Under the pieces are notes generated by a model that was given only the letters and a program-made list of their open reading frames with translations, ran no database searches and was not told the DNA's origin. A program made the translations under genes and the position numbers. Below are positions 25,761 through 38,678 of a stretch of 64,000 bases of DNA, in pieces. Origin of the DNA: Squalus acanthias (lineage: Eukaryota); contig CM059432.1 of assembly GCA_030390025.1 (NCBI GenBank), positions 108,378,001 to 108,442,000 of the forward strand. Direction: 5' to 3'. The stretch's first letter is position 1; every line of letters begins with the position of its first letter.

Positions 25761-26502
25761 AATTCCCTGTGACGAATGCTTCACCTACCTCTATGTGCTT
25801 TCAAAATTCCTGAGTCCTGAACTTGTGCAGTCATCATTTATGAATACTGATATGAGGAACTCATTTAAGATGGCTGACTTTTCCTAGCCCTCCATAATAA
25901 TCCATCCCATCTCATTTCTTACAAGGAACAGGTCTTTAACATACTTATGTAGCAAGAACAAATCTTTGAATTCCTCTTACAAGTTGTGCACAGATTGTTA
26001 GATGTTAAGTCTGCAGATAAACTCTAAAAGGCTTCTGTCACTTCTTCCTTTAAACTAGAATCAACGTTTTATCCTCTGTGGACAGCCTTTTCATTTTTCC
26101 CACTACAAGGCAATGAGTAGACTTGCATCAGGTTGAATTAAAGCAATTACCAACCTTTTAGGATATGAAGCACATTGCAAGCAGCTCTTGTACCCATGCT
26201 AATTAAGCACTTTATTCTGATTTAAAGCAAAATGATGCAAATTGCTGAGCTCCTGGTCCAGGAAAACCAAGAGTCAAACAAACTCTTCCTCCAAGACAGT
26301 AATCATGGCCATTTAACTGAGATTTTACATACAATACCAAATGATTGTTGGCACAAAGCAAAGACATGTGTCTCAGGACCCCCCAATCAGAGGGAGATGG
26401 CACAAATAGTGATAAATGGGTATAATCTAATAGCCATTACAGAGACATGGTTGCAAGGTGACCAGGGTTGGGAACTAAATATTCCAGGATACTTGACATA
26501 TT

Positions 26503-26946
26503 GGCCTAGAAATTCGGGTGGCCGGCTTGCCGCGGGGGTAAGGATCGCGCGCGCGCTCTTACCTACCGCGCCTGCCGTTGTGTTTCGGGCCCACAGGAAC
26601 TTCGGGTCCTGGGCCTCTCCCAAGAGCCGGCGCGCAGTGCTTGCGTGTCCCAGGGGCGCAGTTAGTGCGATGCGACTCCTGGGATCACGTGGGCCATGGA
26701 GAGCCAATGGCAGCAGACCATCTTTCATTCATAGATTTGACAGGAAGACCTGTCAAATCTATGAATACAAATCACCCCCAAAAGAACAGCTAAACCTCAA
26801 ATAATTTTTTTTTAAAAACCATCACATTAATAAAATAACTATAGTTAAATAAATTAACCACTTTAAGCAGGAAACCGGCACTTCGGGAACGAATACGGGT
26901 GAGTACGCAGCGGGTACTCTCCCGTATTCGGCCGAATTTTTGGGCC
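26503..26946. mobile_element. Harbinger-type MITE nested in the CR1 endonuclease
   Basis: TIR GGCCTAGAAATTCGG / CCGAATTTTTGGGCC, TSD ATT. Removing it restores the CR1 sequence seen at 9241-9270. Confidence 0.88.
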
Positions 26947-29464
26947 ATTGAAAAGACAGGCAGACTGGAACAGGTGGTGGTGGGCAGGCAGGGGGTGGGG
27001 GGGGGGGGGGGGAACGTTGGCGTAACCCTGATAATTAAGGATAACATGAGGACAGTAGTCAGAAAGGATCTTGGCTCAGAAGATCAGGAAGTAGAATCAG
27101 TATGGGTGGAGATAAGAATTAACAAGGGGCAGAAAACAGTAGTGGGAGTAGTTTATAGGCCCCCTAACAGTAGCTATACCATTGGACAGGGTATTAATCA
27201 AGAAATAATAGGAGCTTGTAACAAAGGTAATACAATAATCGTGGGGGACTTTAATCTTCATATAGATTGGGAAAATCAAATTGGCAAGGGTAGTCTGGAG
27301 GACGAGTTCATGAAATGTATGCGAGACAGTTTCCTAGAACAATACGTCATGGACCCAACCAGGGAATAAGCTATTTAGATTTTGTTTTGTGCAATGAGAC
27401 AGGGTTAATTAGTAATCTCATAGTAAAGGATCCTCTAGGAAAGAGTGATCATAATATAAGAATGTCACTCTCAAACTCAATGAGACATTCTAAGTCCAAC
27501 ACTAGAGTCTTAAACTTAAATAAAGCCAATTATGTAGGGATGAGGGGCAAGTTGGCTAAGGTAGTGAAAATAGATTAAAAGGTATGACAGTAGATAAGCA
27601 ATCACTTAAAGTAATAGTCCAAAATTCTCAATGAATAGCCATTCCATTGAGAAAAAAAATTCCATGGGAAAAGTGATCCAGCCGTGGCTAACTAAAGAAG
27701 TTAAGGATGGTAGTAGATTAAAAGAGTCTAATAATGTTGCAAAGAATAATAGTAAGCCTGAGGATTGGGAGAGCTTTAGAAACCAGCAAAGGATGACCAA
27801 AAAATTGATAAGGGAGAAAATAGAATGAGAGTAAATTAGCAAGAAATATAAAAACAGATTGTAAGAACTTCTACAATGTAAAAAGGAAGAGAGTAGCAAA
27901 AGCAAGCGTTGGTCCCTTAGGGGCTGAGACAGGAGAAATGATATTGGGGAACAAGGAAATGGCAGAAGCTTTAAACAAATATTTTGTATCTGTCTTCACA
28001 GTGGAAGGCACAGAAAGTATACCAAAAATAGTGGGGAACCAAGGGGATAACGAGAGTGAGAAACTTAAAGTAATTAATATCAGTAGAGAAAAAATACTTG
28101 AGAAACTAATGGGTCTAAAAGCCGACAAAGCCCGTGGACCTGATGGTCTACATCCTAGGGTTCTAAAAGAGGTGACTGCAGAGATAGTGGATGCATTGGT
28201 TGTGATCTTCCAAAATTCCCGAGATTCAGGAAAGGTCCCAGCGGATTGGAAGGTAGCAAATGTAACCCCGCTATTCAGGAAAGGAGAGAGAAAACAGGGA
28301 ACTATAGGCTAGTTAGCTTGATATCAGTCATTGGGAAAATGCTGGAATCCATTATTAAGGAAGTGGTAACAGGGTACTTAGAAAATCATAATATGATTAG
28401 GCAGAGTCAACATGGTTTTATGAAAGGTGTTTGACAAATTTATTAGAATTTTTGAGGATTTAACTGGCAGGTAGATAAAGGGGAACCAGTGGATGTAGCA
28501 CATTTTGATTTCCAAAAGACATTCGATAAGTTGCCACATAAAGGTTGTTAAACAAGATAAGGGCACATGGGGTTGGGGTAAGGTATTAGCATGGATTGAG
28601 GATTGGTTAACAGACAGAAAACAGAGAGTAGGGATAAACGGGTCATTTTCAGATTGGCAGGCTGTAACTAGTGGGGTACCGCAAGAATCATTGCTTGGGC
28701 TTCAGCTATTTACAATCTATATTAATGACTTAGATGAAGGGAACAAGTGCAATGCATCCAAGTTTGCTGACGATACAAAGCTAGGTGGAAAAGTAAGATG
28801 TGAGGAGGACGCAAAGAGCCTGCAAAGGGATATAGACAGGTTAAGTGAGTGGACAATAAGGTGGCAGATGGAGTATAAAGTGTGGAAATGTGAGGTTATT
28901 CACTTTGGTAGGAAGAATAGAAAAACATAATATTTTTTAAATGGTGAGAAACTATTAAATGTTGGTGTTCAGAGAGTTTTGGGTGTCCTAGTACAAGAAA
29001 CACAGAGTTAGCATGCAGGTACAGCGAGCAATTAGGAAGGCAAATGGCATGTTGGCCTTTATTACTAGAGGGCTGGAGTATAATGTAAGGAAGTCTTGCT
29101 ACAATTGTACAGGGCTCTGGTGAGACCACACCTGGCGTACTGCGCACAGTTTTGGTCTCCTTATTTAAGGAAGGATATACTTGCCTTAGAGGCAGTGCAA
29201 CGAAGGGATGAGAGGGTTGTCCAAATGAGGAGAAATTGAGTAAATTGGGCCTATACTGTCTGGAGTTTAGAAGAATAAGAGGTGATCTCATTGAACCATA
29301 TAAGATCTGAGTGGGATTGACAGGGTAGATGCTGAGAGATTGTTTCCCCTGGCTGGAGAGTCTAGAACTAGGGGCCATAGGCTCAGGATGAGGGGCCAGC
29401 CTTTTAAGACTGAGCTGAGGAGGAATTTCTTCACTCAGAGGGTTGTGAATCTTTGGAATTCTCT

Positions 29465-30753
29465 GGGCCCAACCAGTCCCCATCCACCGCCACCCTCCTC
29501 CGCCTGGCTGAACTTGTTCTCACATTGAACAACTTCTCCTTTGACTCCACTCATTTCCTCCAAATCAAAGGTGTTGCTATGGGTACCCGCATGGGTCCTA
29601 GCTATGCCTGCCTTTTCGTGGGATATGTGGAACACTCTTTGTTCCAGTCCTACTCGGGTCCCCTCCCTCACCTCTTTTTCCGGTACATTGACGACTGTAT
29701 CGGTGCCGTTTCCTGCTCTCGCCCTGAACTAGACAATTTCATTCACTTTGCCTCCAATTTCCACCCTTCCCTCACCTTCACATGGTCCATCTCCGACTCT
29801 TCCCTCCCCTTCCTCGACTTCTCCGTCTCCATCTCTGGGGATAGGTTATTGACCAACATTCACTACAAGCCCACTGACTCCCACAGCTACCTGGACTACA
29901 CTTCCTCCCACCCCGCCTCCTGTAAGGACTCTATTCCCTTCTCCCAGTTTCTCCGTCTCCGCCGCATCTGCTCCGACGATGCCACCTTCCATACCAGTGC
30001 TTCCGACATGTCTTCCTTTTTCCTCAACCGAGGATTCCCCTCTACCGTGGTCAACACGGCCCTCGACCGTGTCCGTTCCATCTCCCGCACTTCTGCCCTC
30101 ACCCCGGCCCCTCCCTCCCGGAACCACGATAGAGTTCCCCTTGTCCTCACCTTTCACCCCACCAGCCTCCACATTCAACGGATCATCCTCCGCCATTTCT
30201 GCCACCTCCAACGTGATCCCACCACCAAACGTATCTTCCCCTCACCTCCCCTTTCAGCATTCCGTAGGGACCGCTCCCTCCGAGACACCCTAGTCCACTC
30301 CTCTATCACCCCCAGCACCCCTTCCCCTTCACCCGGCACCTTCCCGTGCAAGCGCAGGAGATGCAACACCTGCCCTTATACATCCCCCCTTCCCACTCTC
30401 CAGGGCCCCAAACACCCCTTCCAGGTGAAACAGCGATTTACTTGTACTTCTTGCAATCTAGTATACTGTATTCGCTGCTCACGATGTGGTCTCCTCTACA
30501 TTGGGGAGACCAAACGCAGATTGGGTGACCGCTTTGCGGAACACCTCCGTTCAGTCCGGAAGGGTGACCCCGAGCTTCCGGTCGCTTGTCATTTTAATTC
30601 ACCCCTCCACGCTCACTCAGACCTCACCGTCCTCGGCCTCTTGCATTGTTCCACGGAAGCGCAGCGTAAGCTCCAGGAACAGCACCTCATCTTCCGTTTA
30701 GGCACTTTACAGCCTTCCGGACTCAATATCGAGTTCAACAATTTCAGATCATA
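29465..30753 (+). CDS. Penelope-like RT (C-terminal half) + Cys linker + GIY-YIG endonuclease, uninterrupted ~430 codons, lacking its 5' part
   Basis: KGVAMGTRMGPSYA, FFRYIDDC, LPFLD, YKPTDSHSYL; CKRRRCNTC; NLVYCIRCSRCGLLYIGETKRRLGDRFAEH; PSGLNIE. Confidence 0.92.
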
Positions 30754-31025
30754 ACCCCGGCCCCTACCACATATGTATACATTTTATCCACTCTTTTGGT
30801 CTGTGCCTTTTTCCTTTTTTTCTCTCTCTCCCCCCACGGCAGCTGTCTCTGATTCTGCCAGCATTTCGCACCTTACCTTTTGTTTCTCAACCTGTCCCAT
30901 TACCATCTCGTCTTGCCTTGAGCATCTCTCAATGTCTCTACTCACTAAAGACCATCCCTTTTGTTCTTTTATTCCTCCCCCCAGCCTCCCCCTTGCATTT
31001 TTATCTGTTTATTTCTTGCTCTCTC

Positions 31026-31061
31026 AGTTCCGACGAAGGGTTTCGACCTGAAACGTTAACT
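31026..31061 (+). ncRNA. Minimal type I hammerhead ribozyme motif in the PLE 3' region (core variant CCGACGA)
   Basis: AGTT-CCGACGA-AGG(GTTTCGA)CCT-GAAAC-GTT-AACT. Stem I AGTT/AACT, palindromic stem III; one change (U to C) from CUGANGA. Confidence 0.7.
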
Positions 31062-32171
31062 CTCTTTCTCTCTCCACGGATGTTGCCTGGCCTGCTGAGT
31101 TTTTCCAGCGTTTTCTGTTGTTATTTCGGATTCCCAGCATCCGCAGTATTTTGCTATCGTGCTATAGATGCTCAGTCGTTGAGTATATTCAAGGTTGAGA
31201 TAGATAGTTTTTTGGACTCCAGAGGAATCAAAGGATATGGGGATAGGGCAGGAAAGTGGAGTTGAGGTCAAAGATCAGCCATGATCTTATTGAATGGCGG
31301 AGCAGGCTCAAGATGCCGTATGGCCTACTCCTGCTCCTGGTTCTTATGCTCTCATGAGAATTTGGACAAAAATGCACCAAGCATGCCAGAGACCTCAGCT
31401 GGGGCTCGCTCACTCCCTCCACCCCCTTCCCCCACTCATACAATTCAGGTAAAATACTGTAAGTAGTAAAAAGTAAAACTTTTTTTTAGAAAAAGGCCTG
31501 GAATACACCATAATTTCCAGGGGCTTCTGTGTCGCTCTGCTGTTACCTCTCACCGAAAACAGACAGAAGATAATTATTATAGCTCCGCGCCATTAAAATC
31601 AATGGCGGTAGTGAATTTGCTGCAGTTTAAGCCATTCCACGCTGCTGCCACTTAGACTGAAAATTAATGGCTTTAGCGACCTGACAGTGGTGCGATTTAT
31701 GGTATTTGAGGAAGGGGTTGTTTTATTTCCCAGGCTTTGAGAGTATTTGTGAAGCTCGGCACAGGCCACACATGAAGTCTTGCCTATTGACCCAAATAAT
31801 CATGTAATGAACATGATTGGGAAATGATCTAAGTAATCCAGAACTTTTCCTTAATGAATACAAAGCTGTCGAGTTGGGAAGTAGCCTGATCCTTTGTGAG
31901 ATGTATTCAGGTATCCTGACTCCGTGAATCTAAGCAGATCTCAGTCAGTAATTTTTATATGAGCGGCCACTTAGAACCCTGGCCTTAAAGAGACCATGGA
32001 GATTTGTTACACGACCCGACCCACAGACAGAGATACCTGAAATTAAACGTCCGCGTAAACAAATGTTTGCATTTTTGTCAAAAACTCTCCCTCTGACTAT
32101 AGGGACCTGACACAAATGTCTTTGCTTTGCGTCAAATGTCATTTAGTATTGCATGTAAAATCTAGGTTACA

Positions 32172-33417
32172 TTGAGCTTTTTGATGAGGTAACAGAGAGG
32201 GTGGATGAGGGCAGTGCAGTTGACGTGGTGTACATGGACTTTCAAAAGGCATTTGATAAATAACCACATATTAGGCTTGTTAGCAAAATTGAAGCCCATG
32301 GGGTAAAAGGGGCAGTAGCAGCATGGATACAAATTTGGCTAAGGAATAGGAAACAGAGAGTTGTGGTGAATGGCTGCTTTTTGGACTGGAAGGAGGTATA
32401 GTGCTGTTCCCCAAGGTTCAGTATTAGGACCACTGATCTTTTTGACATACATTAATGACTTGGAGTTGGGGGCTACAGGGCACAATTTCAAAATTTGCAG
32501 ATGGCATGAAACTTGGAAATGTAGTAAATGGTGAGGAAGATAGTAATAGACTTCAAGAGGACGTGGACAGGCTGGTGGAATAGGTGGACTCGTGGCAGAT
32601 GAAATTCAAAGCAGAATAGTGTGAGGTGATACATTTTGGTAGGAAGAATGAGGAGAGACAATACATGTTAAATGGTGTAATTTTAAAGGGAGTACAGAGA
32701 GAGAGAGACCTGGGGGTGCTTGTGCACAAATCTTTGAAGGTGGCAGGACAGGTTAACAAAACAGTTAATAAAGCATATGGGATCCTGGGCTTTGTAAATA
32801 GAGGCATAGAGTATAAAAGCCAGGAAGTTATGCTAAACCTATATAAAACACTAGTTCAGCCCCAGCTGGAATATTGTTTCCAATTCTGGGCACCACACTT
32901 TAGGAAGGAAGTGAAGGCTTTGGAGCGGGTACAGAAGAGATTTACTGGAATGGTTCCAGGGATGAGGGATTACAGTTATGTGGATAGACTGGAGAAGCTG
33001 GGGTTGTTCTCCTTACAGCAGAGAAGGCTAAGAGGAGATTTGAAGAGGTGTTTAAAATCATGAAGGATTTAGATAGAGTAAATAAACAGAAACTGTTTCC
33101 AATGGCTGAAGGGTCGATAACCAGAGAGCACAGGTTTAAGGTGATTGGCAAAAGAACCAGAAGCGACATGAGGGAAAACTTTTTTACGCAACAAGTGGTT
33201 AAGATTTGGAATGCACTGCCTGATAGGATGGTGCATACAAATTCAACAGTAGCCTTCAAAAGCGAATTGGATAAATACTTGAAGGAGAAAAAATTGCAGG
33301 GATATGGGGAAAGAGCTGGGGAGTGGGACTAATTGGATTACTCTTTGAAAGAGCCAGCGTAGACTCGATGGGCCGATTGGCCTCTTTCTGTGCTGTACTA
33401 GTCTATGATTCTATGAT
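32172..33417 (+). mobile_element. CR1 LINE, 5'-truncated (different subfamily)
   Basis: VYMDFQKAFDK, IHFGRKN, LEYCFQFWAP, ENFFTQ; tail (tctatgat)n. Confidence 0.9.
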
Positions 33418-33992
33418 CAGGAATTGAAGTACTAGTCCAACCAAGATTCTCTGAAAATAGAAAAAGTATTCGAACAGTTTCCAAATATTGGGACTGGTCT
33501 GACTCACCATTAGCGGCGAAATCAAAACGTTGGTGATGGCTGCGTCACTTGTGATTCGTCGCTATGCACGCTGTGGCGTATTCTAATTAGTTCTCCAGCT
33601 AATTTTGGCATAAATTCGCCACTGGAGGATTGAGGCTCAACGCTCTAACTTATGGCGTCTGTTGCAAATATTGCCGTTGCGGCGAAATCCGGGCCCGTGT
33701 GTTTTACTGACAATGTATGTTCAATACAATAAGATGAGCGGAATACTGCAGAAATTACAATCTAGTTTGGTCTTTCAGCAGAAATTGTGACTAGACTATA
33801 AACGATCATTGTGACGACTGTGCAACGTCACTGTTTGGCAATTGTTTACAATAGGATTTGGGGAAAGTAATTATTCAAGCTCTCCCCAAATGTTTGCTAG
33901 CGAATATTTCCATTACTTCTCGGATCTAGGCTTGGCTTGTACAAATGGGATTATGAGGAAGAAATAGGTGAAAATTACAGGATGAACGGACC

Positions 33993-34788
33993 CATGGAAT
34001 ATAATGTGGAGAAATGTGAAGTTATCCACTTTGGTAGGAAAAGTAGAAAAGCAGAGTATTTTTTAAATGGTGAGAGATTGGGAAATGTTGGTATTCACAG
34101 GGGCCTGGGTGTCCTTGTACATGAATCACTGAAAGTTAACATGCAGGTACAGCAAGCAATTAGGAAAGCAAATGGTATGTTAGCCTTTATTACAAAAGGA
34201 TTTGAGTATAAGAGTAAAGAAGTCTTACTGCAATTATATAGGGCCCTGGTGAGACCACACCTGGAGTATTGTGTACAGTTTTGGTCTCCTTGTCTAAGAG
34301 GGAATGCAATAAAGGTTCACTGGACTGATTCCTGGGATGAGGGGATTGTCCTATGAGGAGAGATTCAGTAGACTAGGCCTATATTCTCTACAGTTTAGAA
34401 GAATGAGAGGTGATCTCATTGAAACGTATAACATTCTTAAGGGGCTTGACAGGGTAGATGCTGTCAGGATGTTCCCTCTGGCTGGGGAGTCCAGAACTAG
34501 GTGCCAGTCTCAAAATAAGGGGTCGGCCATTTAGGACTGAGATGAGGAGAAATTTCTTCACTCAAAGGGTGGTGAATCTTTGGAATTCTCTACCCCAGAG
34601 GGCTGAGGATGCTCAGTCGTTGAGTATATTCAAGACAGAGATCGATAAGATTTTTGGATACTAAGGGAACCAAGGGATATGGAGACAGTGTGGGAAGGTG
34701 GAGTTGAGGTAGAAGATCAGCCATGATCTTATTGAATGGCGGAGCAGGCTCCAAGGATCGAATGCCCAATCCAGTTATGTTCTTATGA
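33993..34788 (+). mobile_element. CR1 LINE 3' fragment
   Basis: MEYNVEKCEVIHFG, LVRPHLEYCVQFWSP, RRNFFTQRVV. Confidence 0.9.
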
Positions 34789-34944
34789 TGCTGTCACAGC
34801 AGGAAGCATGATTTTGCCTCTTCAGAAACCTGAACGCTACAGCCTTGAACATCCACCATTAGTGCATAAAAAACATACCCCTGCTACATTAACAAAGGTG
34901 TTAACCCATTTAAATGATGTCTGGTTGTAGGCTGATAACTAGTT

Positions 34945-35290
34945 GGGACACTTCAGTGCATTACTGAGCGAGTGTTGCATTGTTGGAGGTTACCACCCAT
35001 CAGACAGGGGACCTGTCTTCCTGTTCAGGTGGACGTGAAAGATCACAGCACTAGTTGAACAAGAGAACGGGATTCTTCTGGTGTCCTGGCTAACATCCAT
35101 CCTTTAACCAATGCTACCAAAAGCAGATTCACTTCATTCACTGTTTGTCGGACTTGGTATGAGAAATTAGATGCCACATTTGCCTACAAAACAACACTGA
35201 TCACACTTCCATAGGAATTCAATGGCTGTGATGTGTGTTGGAATGTCCTCAGGATGTGAAAGCCCCTATATAAATGCAAGTTCATGCTTT
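34945..35290 (+). mobile_element. Deu-domain SINE, degenerate
   Basis: Shared body (gacacttcagtgca...) and tail (tatataaatgcaag). Confidence 0.65.
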
Positions 35291-36926
35291 CTAGTGTAAT
35301 TAGCTTTCTGAATGTTGATTTACCTGGTTACCGAGTGAGAATTTCAGAATTTTGCTACAATTTTTGCAATGATGGACCTGGTGTATATGTTTTGCATGCA
35401 GTTCATTTATAAAGTCGCACACAGATGTTAAATGCTACTGTTAAAATAGCATCTTGGTTGTAGTGTTCAGGGAGCAGCTGGCTCCAACTTAAATATTAAA
35501 TGTTCAAAAGAAAGCAAAAGCCTTATTTTGAAAAGAAAATACTTTTACAGTTGATGCAAATCCAAAGACTGCTTTACCCTGCAATTTATTTTTGATCTGT
35601 TAGATGTCTGACACTGGCAGAAACCCATCCCCATGTTTAAGATTTTCAAATCAAACTACTTTGAAATCCACACATATAGGGCCAGAGTTTATGGTGTGGA
35701 GGCCCCGCAAGTTCCAGGTTTCCGCATGCGTGAAAACCCGGAACTTGCGATCTGTCCCGGTTCGCCATGACAGATCTACCGCACCAACTGGAAAATCACT
35801 TTCCCTGACACAGAGTTGGGTTATTTGCCCAACTACTGCCCAGCAATTGCCCACAAAACTCTTATGGCTGGTAAAAGCAGGCGTATTGCCAATATGATGT
35901 GCACACCATCTCTCCATACGGGCTATGTTGTCTATTATGTTAACATGTGGCTAAATCAGAATCCAGATGTGTAATTACATATCTGATTACTACATAAAAA
36001 TGAGTAATAGACACCGTCATTCGGTATGTGATCTCAATACTCAAATTCGCACAGTGTATGTATGCGAACGGTAACCTTTTTGTGCATTTGTTGGTAAATG
36101 GTGAGACCAAATGCAGAGTGTGCGAGAGCTTTACTTCCTTGGTTACTGAATGGTGGTAGATGTTTGTTTAGTAAATATACAGTTGTGAAGTACATTCACC
36201 TGTATTGTGAGTGTATGCAAGCCATTTTCTACTGAAATTGGTGCATGTAAAACGGTGTCGCCATAGCCACACCTGTCACTAGACAACTGACAAGCACAGG
36301 TTAGAACTTTTCATAGTCAGACAGCAGGTACCAGGAACTCCCCAGTGCAATTCACCAAAAATCGCCATTCTCCGGACCACCGTATGGGAACACATCTTAT
36401 CCCATTGAATGACTGTTGCACCAGTTGAGGTCCAGAGCTTCAGTGGCAGGAGCTTGCCTCCCTGGAACCCAATCAAGGAAGGCAACAGGCCCTGGATACA
36501 TAGGCGTGCACTCACATCCCTGGCTTGCATGCATTACCTTGCAACAGCTTTCATCCTAAGCCTCAAAGCTGCATCACCAGCTATAAAGGACATCTGCCAA
36601 CAGCATGGTGGGAAGACCCAATCAGCACAGCTTGTGACAATAGCAACTTTGGTGTTCTAAAAGTCCAATTCTACACATCAGGCTCAGCACTCACCAACTG
36701 CTCAAAGTACTCATGTAAGAGAGGTTGTCAAAAAGATGTGCCAAAGGCTAATTCCCTGTTTAGAGTACTGCTCAACAGGTTGATGCAGACCAGAAACCTC
36801 TTTTCTGCAAGTTGTTCCCCTTCTTAGCACAAATCCACCTCGCAGCTTGGGCCTGCGAAAGGGAGACCGCTCTATCAGATTATAAAACGTTTTTTCACAG
36901 AAGCCATCTATACCTGTATAAATATT

Positions 36927-37127
36927 TGAGCAACACAGGGAAACAGCAAAAGGAGCAGGGAAACATGGTAAAACAGCTAAAGGAGCAGGGAAACATGGTA
37001 AAACAGCTAAAGGAGCAGGGAAACACAGGGAAACACAGGAAAACACAGCTAAAGGAGCAGAGAAACACAGGAAAACACAGCTAAAGGAGCAGAGAAACAC
37101 AGGAAAACACAGCTAAAGGAGCAGGGA
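36927..37127. repeat. Purine-rich minisatellite (~29-40 bp units, cagctaaaggagcagggaaacat/cacagg), left part
   Basis: Visible tandem units; continues at 41586-41660. Confidence 0.9.
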
Positions 37128-37605
37128 CCTGAAAGGAGTCGGCAGCCCCGGAGAAGGCAGAGGATAATTCAGAGCAGCTGAAGGCAGTTAATTAGGGAAA
37201 CTAGGCCTATAAAAACAGGCTTTGCAGTGAGATCTGCACTGAGTGCGGTTTGAACAGAGTGCTGAGAGTTGGGTGAGTGAGGAGTGGAAGGAGGAGCTCC
37301 CTTGCTTCGCCTTCCCTAACTTTTCACTCTGTAGGAATTGGTTCTTACTTTACACCCAGGAAAGAGTCCGAGAGCGGGAGCAGTCAAACAACAACAAAAA
37401 CTGCAAAACCGCTAAAGTGACGTCAAAACCAGGGAAGGAGCTGATTAGTAAGTAGGACCTGGTGAGTATTTCTACAGTTCAGTCATTAAAGTAAAAGTAA
37501 AGTCTCTAGTTTAGAGTAAGTAATGTTTAAAGTGAAGTAAGGTCCCTAGTGTATTTAATATTCTTTAATTTAGAGGAAGTAAAGGGAGTAAATTAAGGGT
37601 AGGAC

Positions 37606-38550
37606 ATGGCAGGGCAGCTCAGCAGCGTGGAGTGCTCCTCCTGTGCTATATGGGAAGTCAGGGACACTTTCGGTGTCCAGGACGATCACGTGTGCAGGAA
37701 GTGTCTCCAGCTGCAGCTACTCGAAATCCGTATTTCGGATCTGGAGCAGCGGCTGGAGTCACTGGAGCATCGCAAGGCTGAGATCTTCGTGGATAGCACG
37801 TTTAACGAGGTGGTCACACCGCAGGTAGAGTGCACAGGCAGAAAGGGAATGGGTGACCGCCAGACAGAGTAAAAGAACTAGGAAGGTAGTGCAGGAGCCC
37901 CCTGGGTCCATCTCCCTCTCCAACAGATTTTCTGTTTTGGATACTGCTGGGGGAGATGGTTTCTCAGGGGAATGCAGCAACAGCCAAGTCCGTGGCACTA
38001 CGAGTGGCTCAGCTGCACAGGAGGGGAGGAAAAAGAGTGGGAGAGCAATAGTGATAGGGGATTCTATCGTAAGGGGAACAGACAGACGTTTCTGTGGTCG
38101 CAGATGACTCCAGGATGGTATGTTGCCTCCCTGGTGCCAGGGTTAAGGATGTCACTGAGCAGCTGCAGGACATTATGAAGGGGGAGGGTGAACAGCCAGA
38201 GGTCGTGGTCCATATCGGTACCAACGACATAGGAAGAGGGATGAGGTCCTGCAAGCAGAATATAGGGAGCTAGGAAATAAATTAAAAAGCAGGACCTCAA
38301 AGGTTGTAATCTCAGGATTACTCCCAGTGCCACGTGCTAGTGAGTACAGAAATAGGAACTTAGAACAGATGAATGTGTGGCTGGAGAGATGGTGTAGGTG
38401 GGAGGGATTTAAATTTCTGAGGCATTGGGACTGATTCTGGGGAAGGTGGGACCTGTACAAACAAGCTGGACGGGTTACACCTCGGCAGAAACGGGAACAA
38501 CATCCTCGCAGGGGAGTTTGCTAGTGCTGTTGGGAAGGATTTAAACAAGT
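37606..38550 (+). pseudogene. CR1 ORF1: CxxC/CxxC zinc finger, leucine zipper, SGNH esterase
   Basis: ECSSC...CRKC, LEIRISDLEQRLESL, IVIGDSIVRG, VVHIGTND, DGLHL; frameshifts present. Confidence 0.88.
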
Positions 38551-38678
38551 TTGTCAGGGGGCTGGGAACCTAAGTGTGGGCCCAGAATGGAGAGAAACAA
38601 AGCTGGAAGTGCAAGTTAGAAAAGTAGTCAGCAAAACTAGTAGGGAGCAGAAACAAAGGCCAACAGTAGAGGGTCAAA

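Larger units (their letters stand above)
29465..31160 (+). mobile_element. Penelope-like element (Neptune-type), 5'-truncated
   Basis: Contains the RT/GIY-YIG ORF and 3' terminal module. Interrupts CR1 between ggaattctct and gctatagatgctcagtcg. Confidence 0.93.
26395..31355 (+). mobile_element. CR1/HER1 LINE ORF2 pseudogene hosting a MITE and a Penelope-like element
   Basis: [24 protein letters not shown] motifs; closely similar to 8888-12217; resumes after each insertion. Confidence 0.93.

Noticed and set aside
36279..36830. Cluster of short ORFs, possible decayed transposase or pseudogene
   Set aside because: Only a vague HYLATA motif; no convincing homology that I can recognise.
36927..37127. 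Regularly spaced repeats as a CRISPR array, or the 90/129-aa repeat ORFs as proteins
   Set aside because: Tandem minisatellite without unique spacers, in vertebrate DNA with no cas genes.
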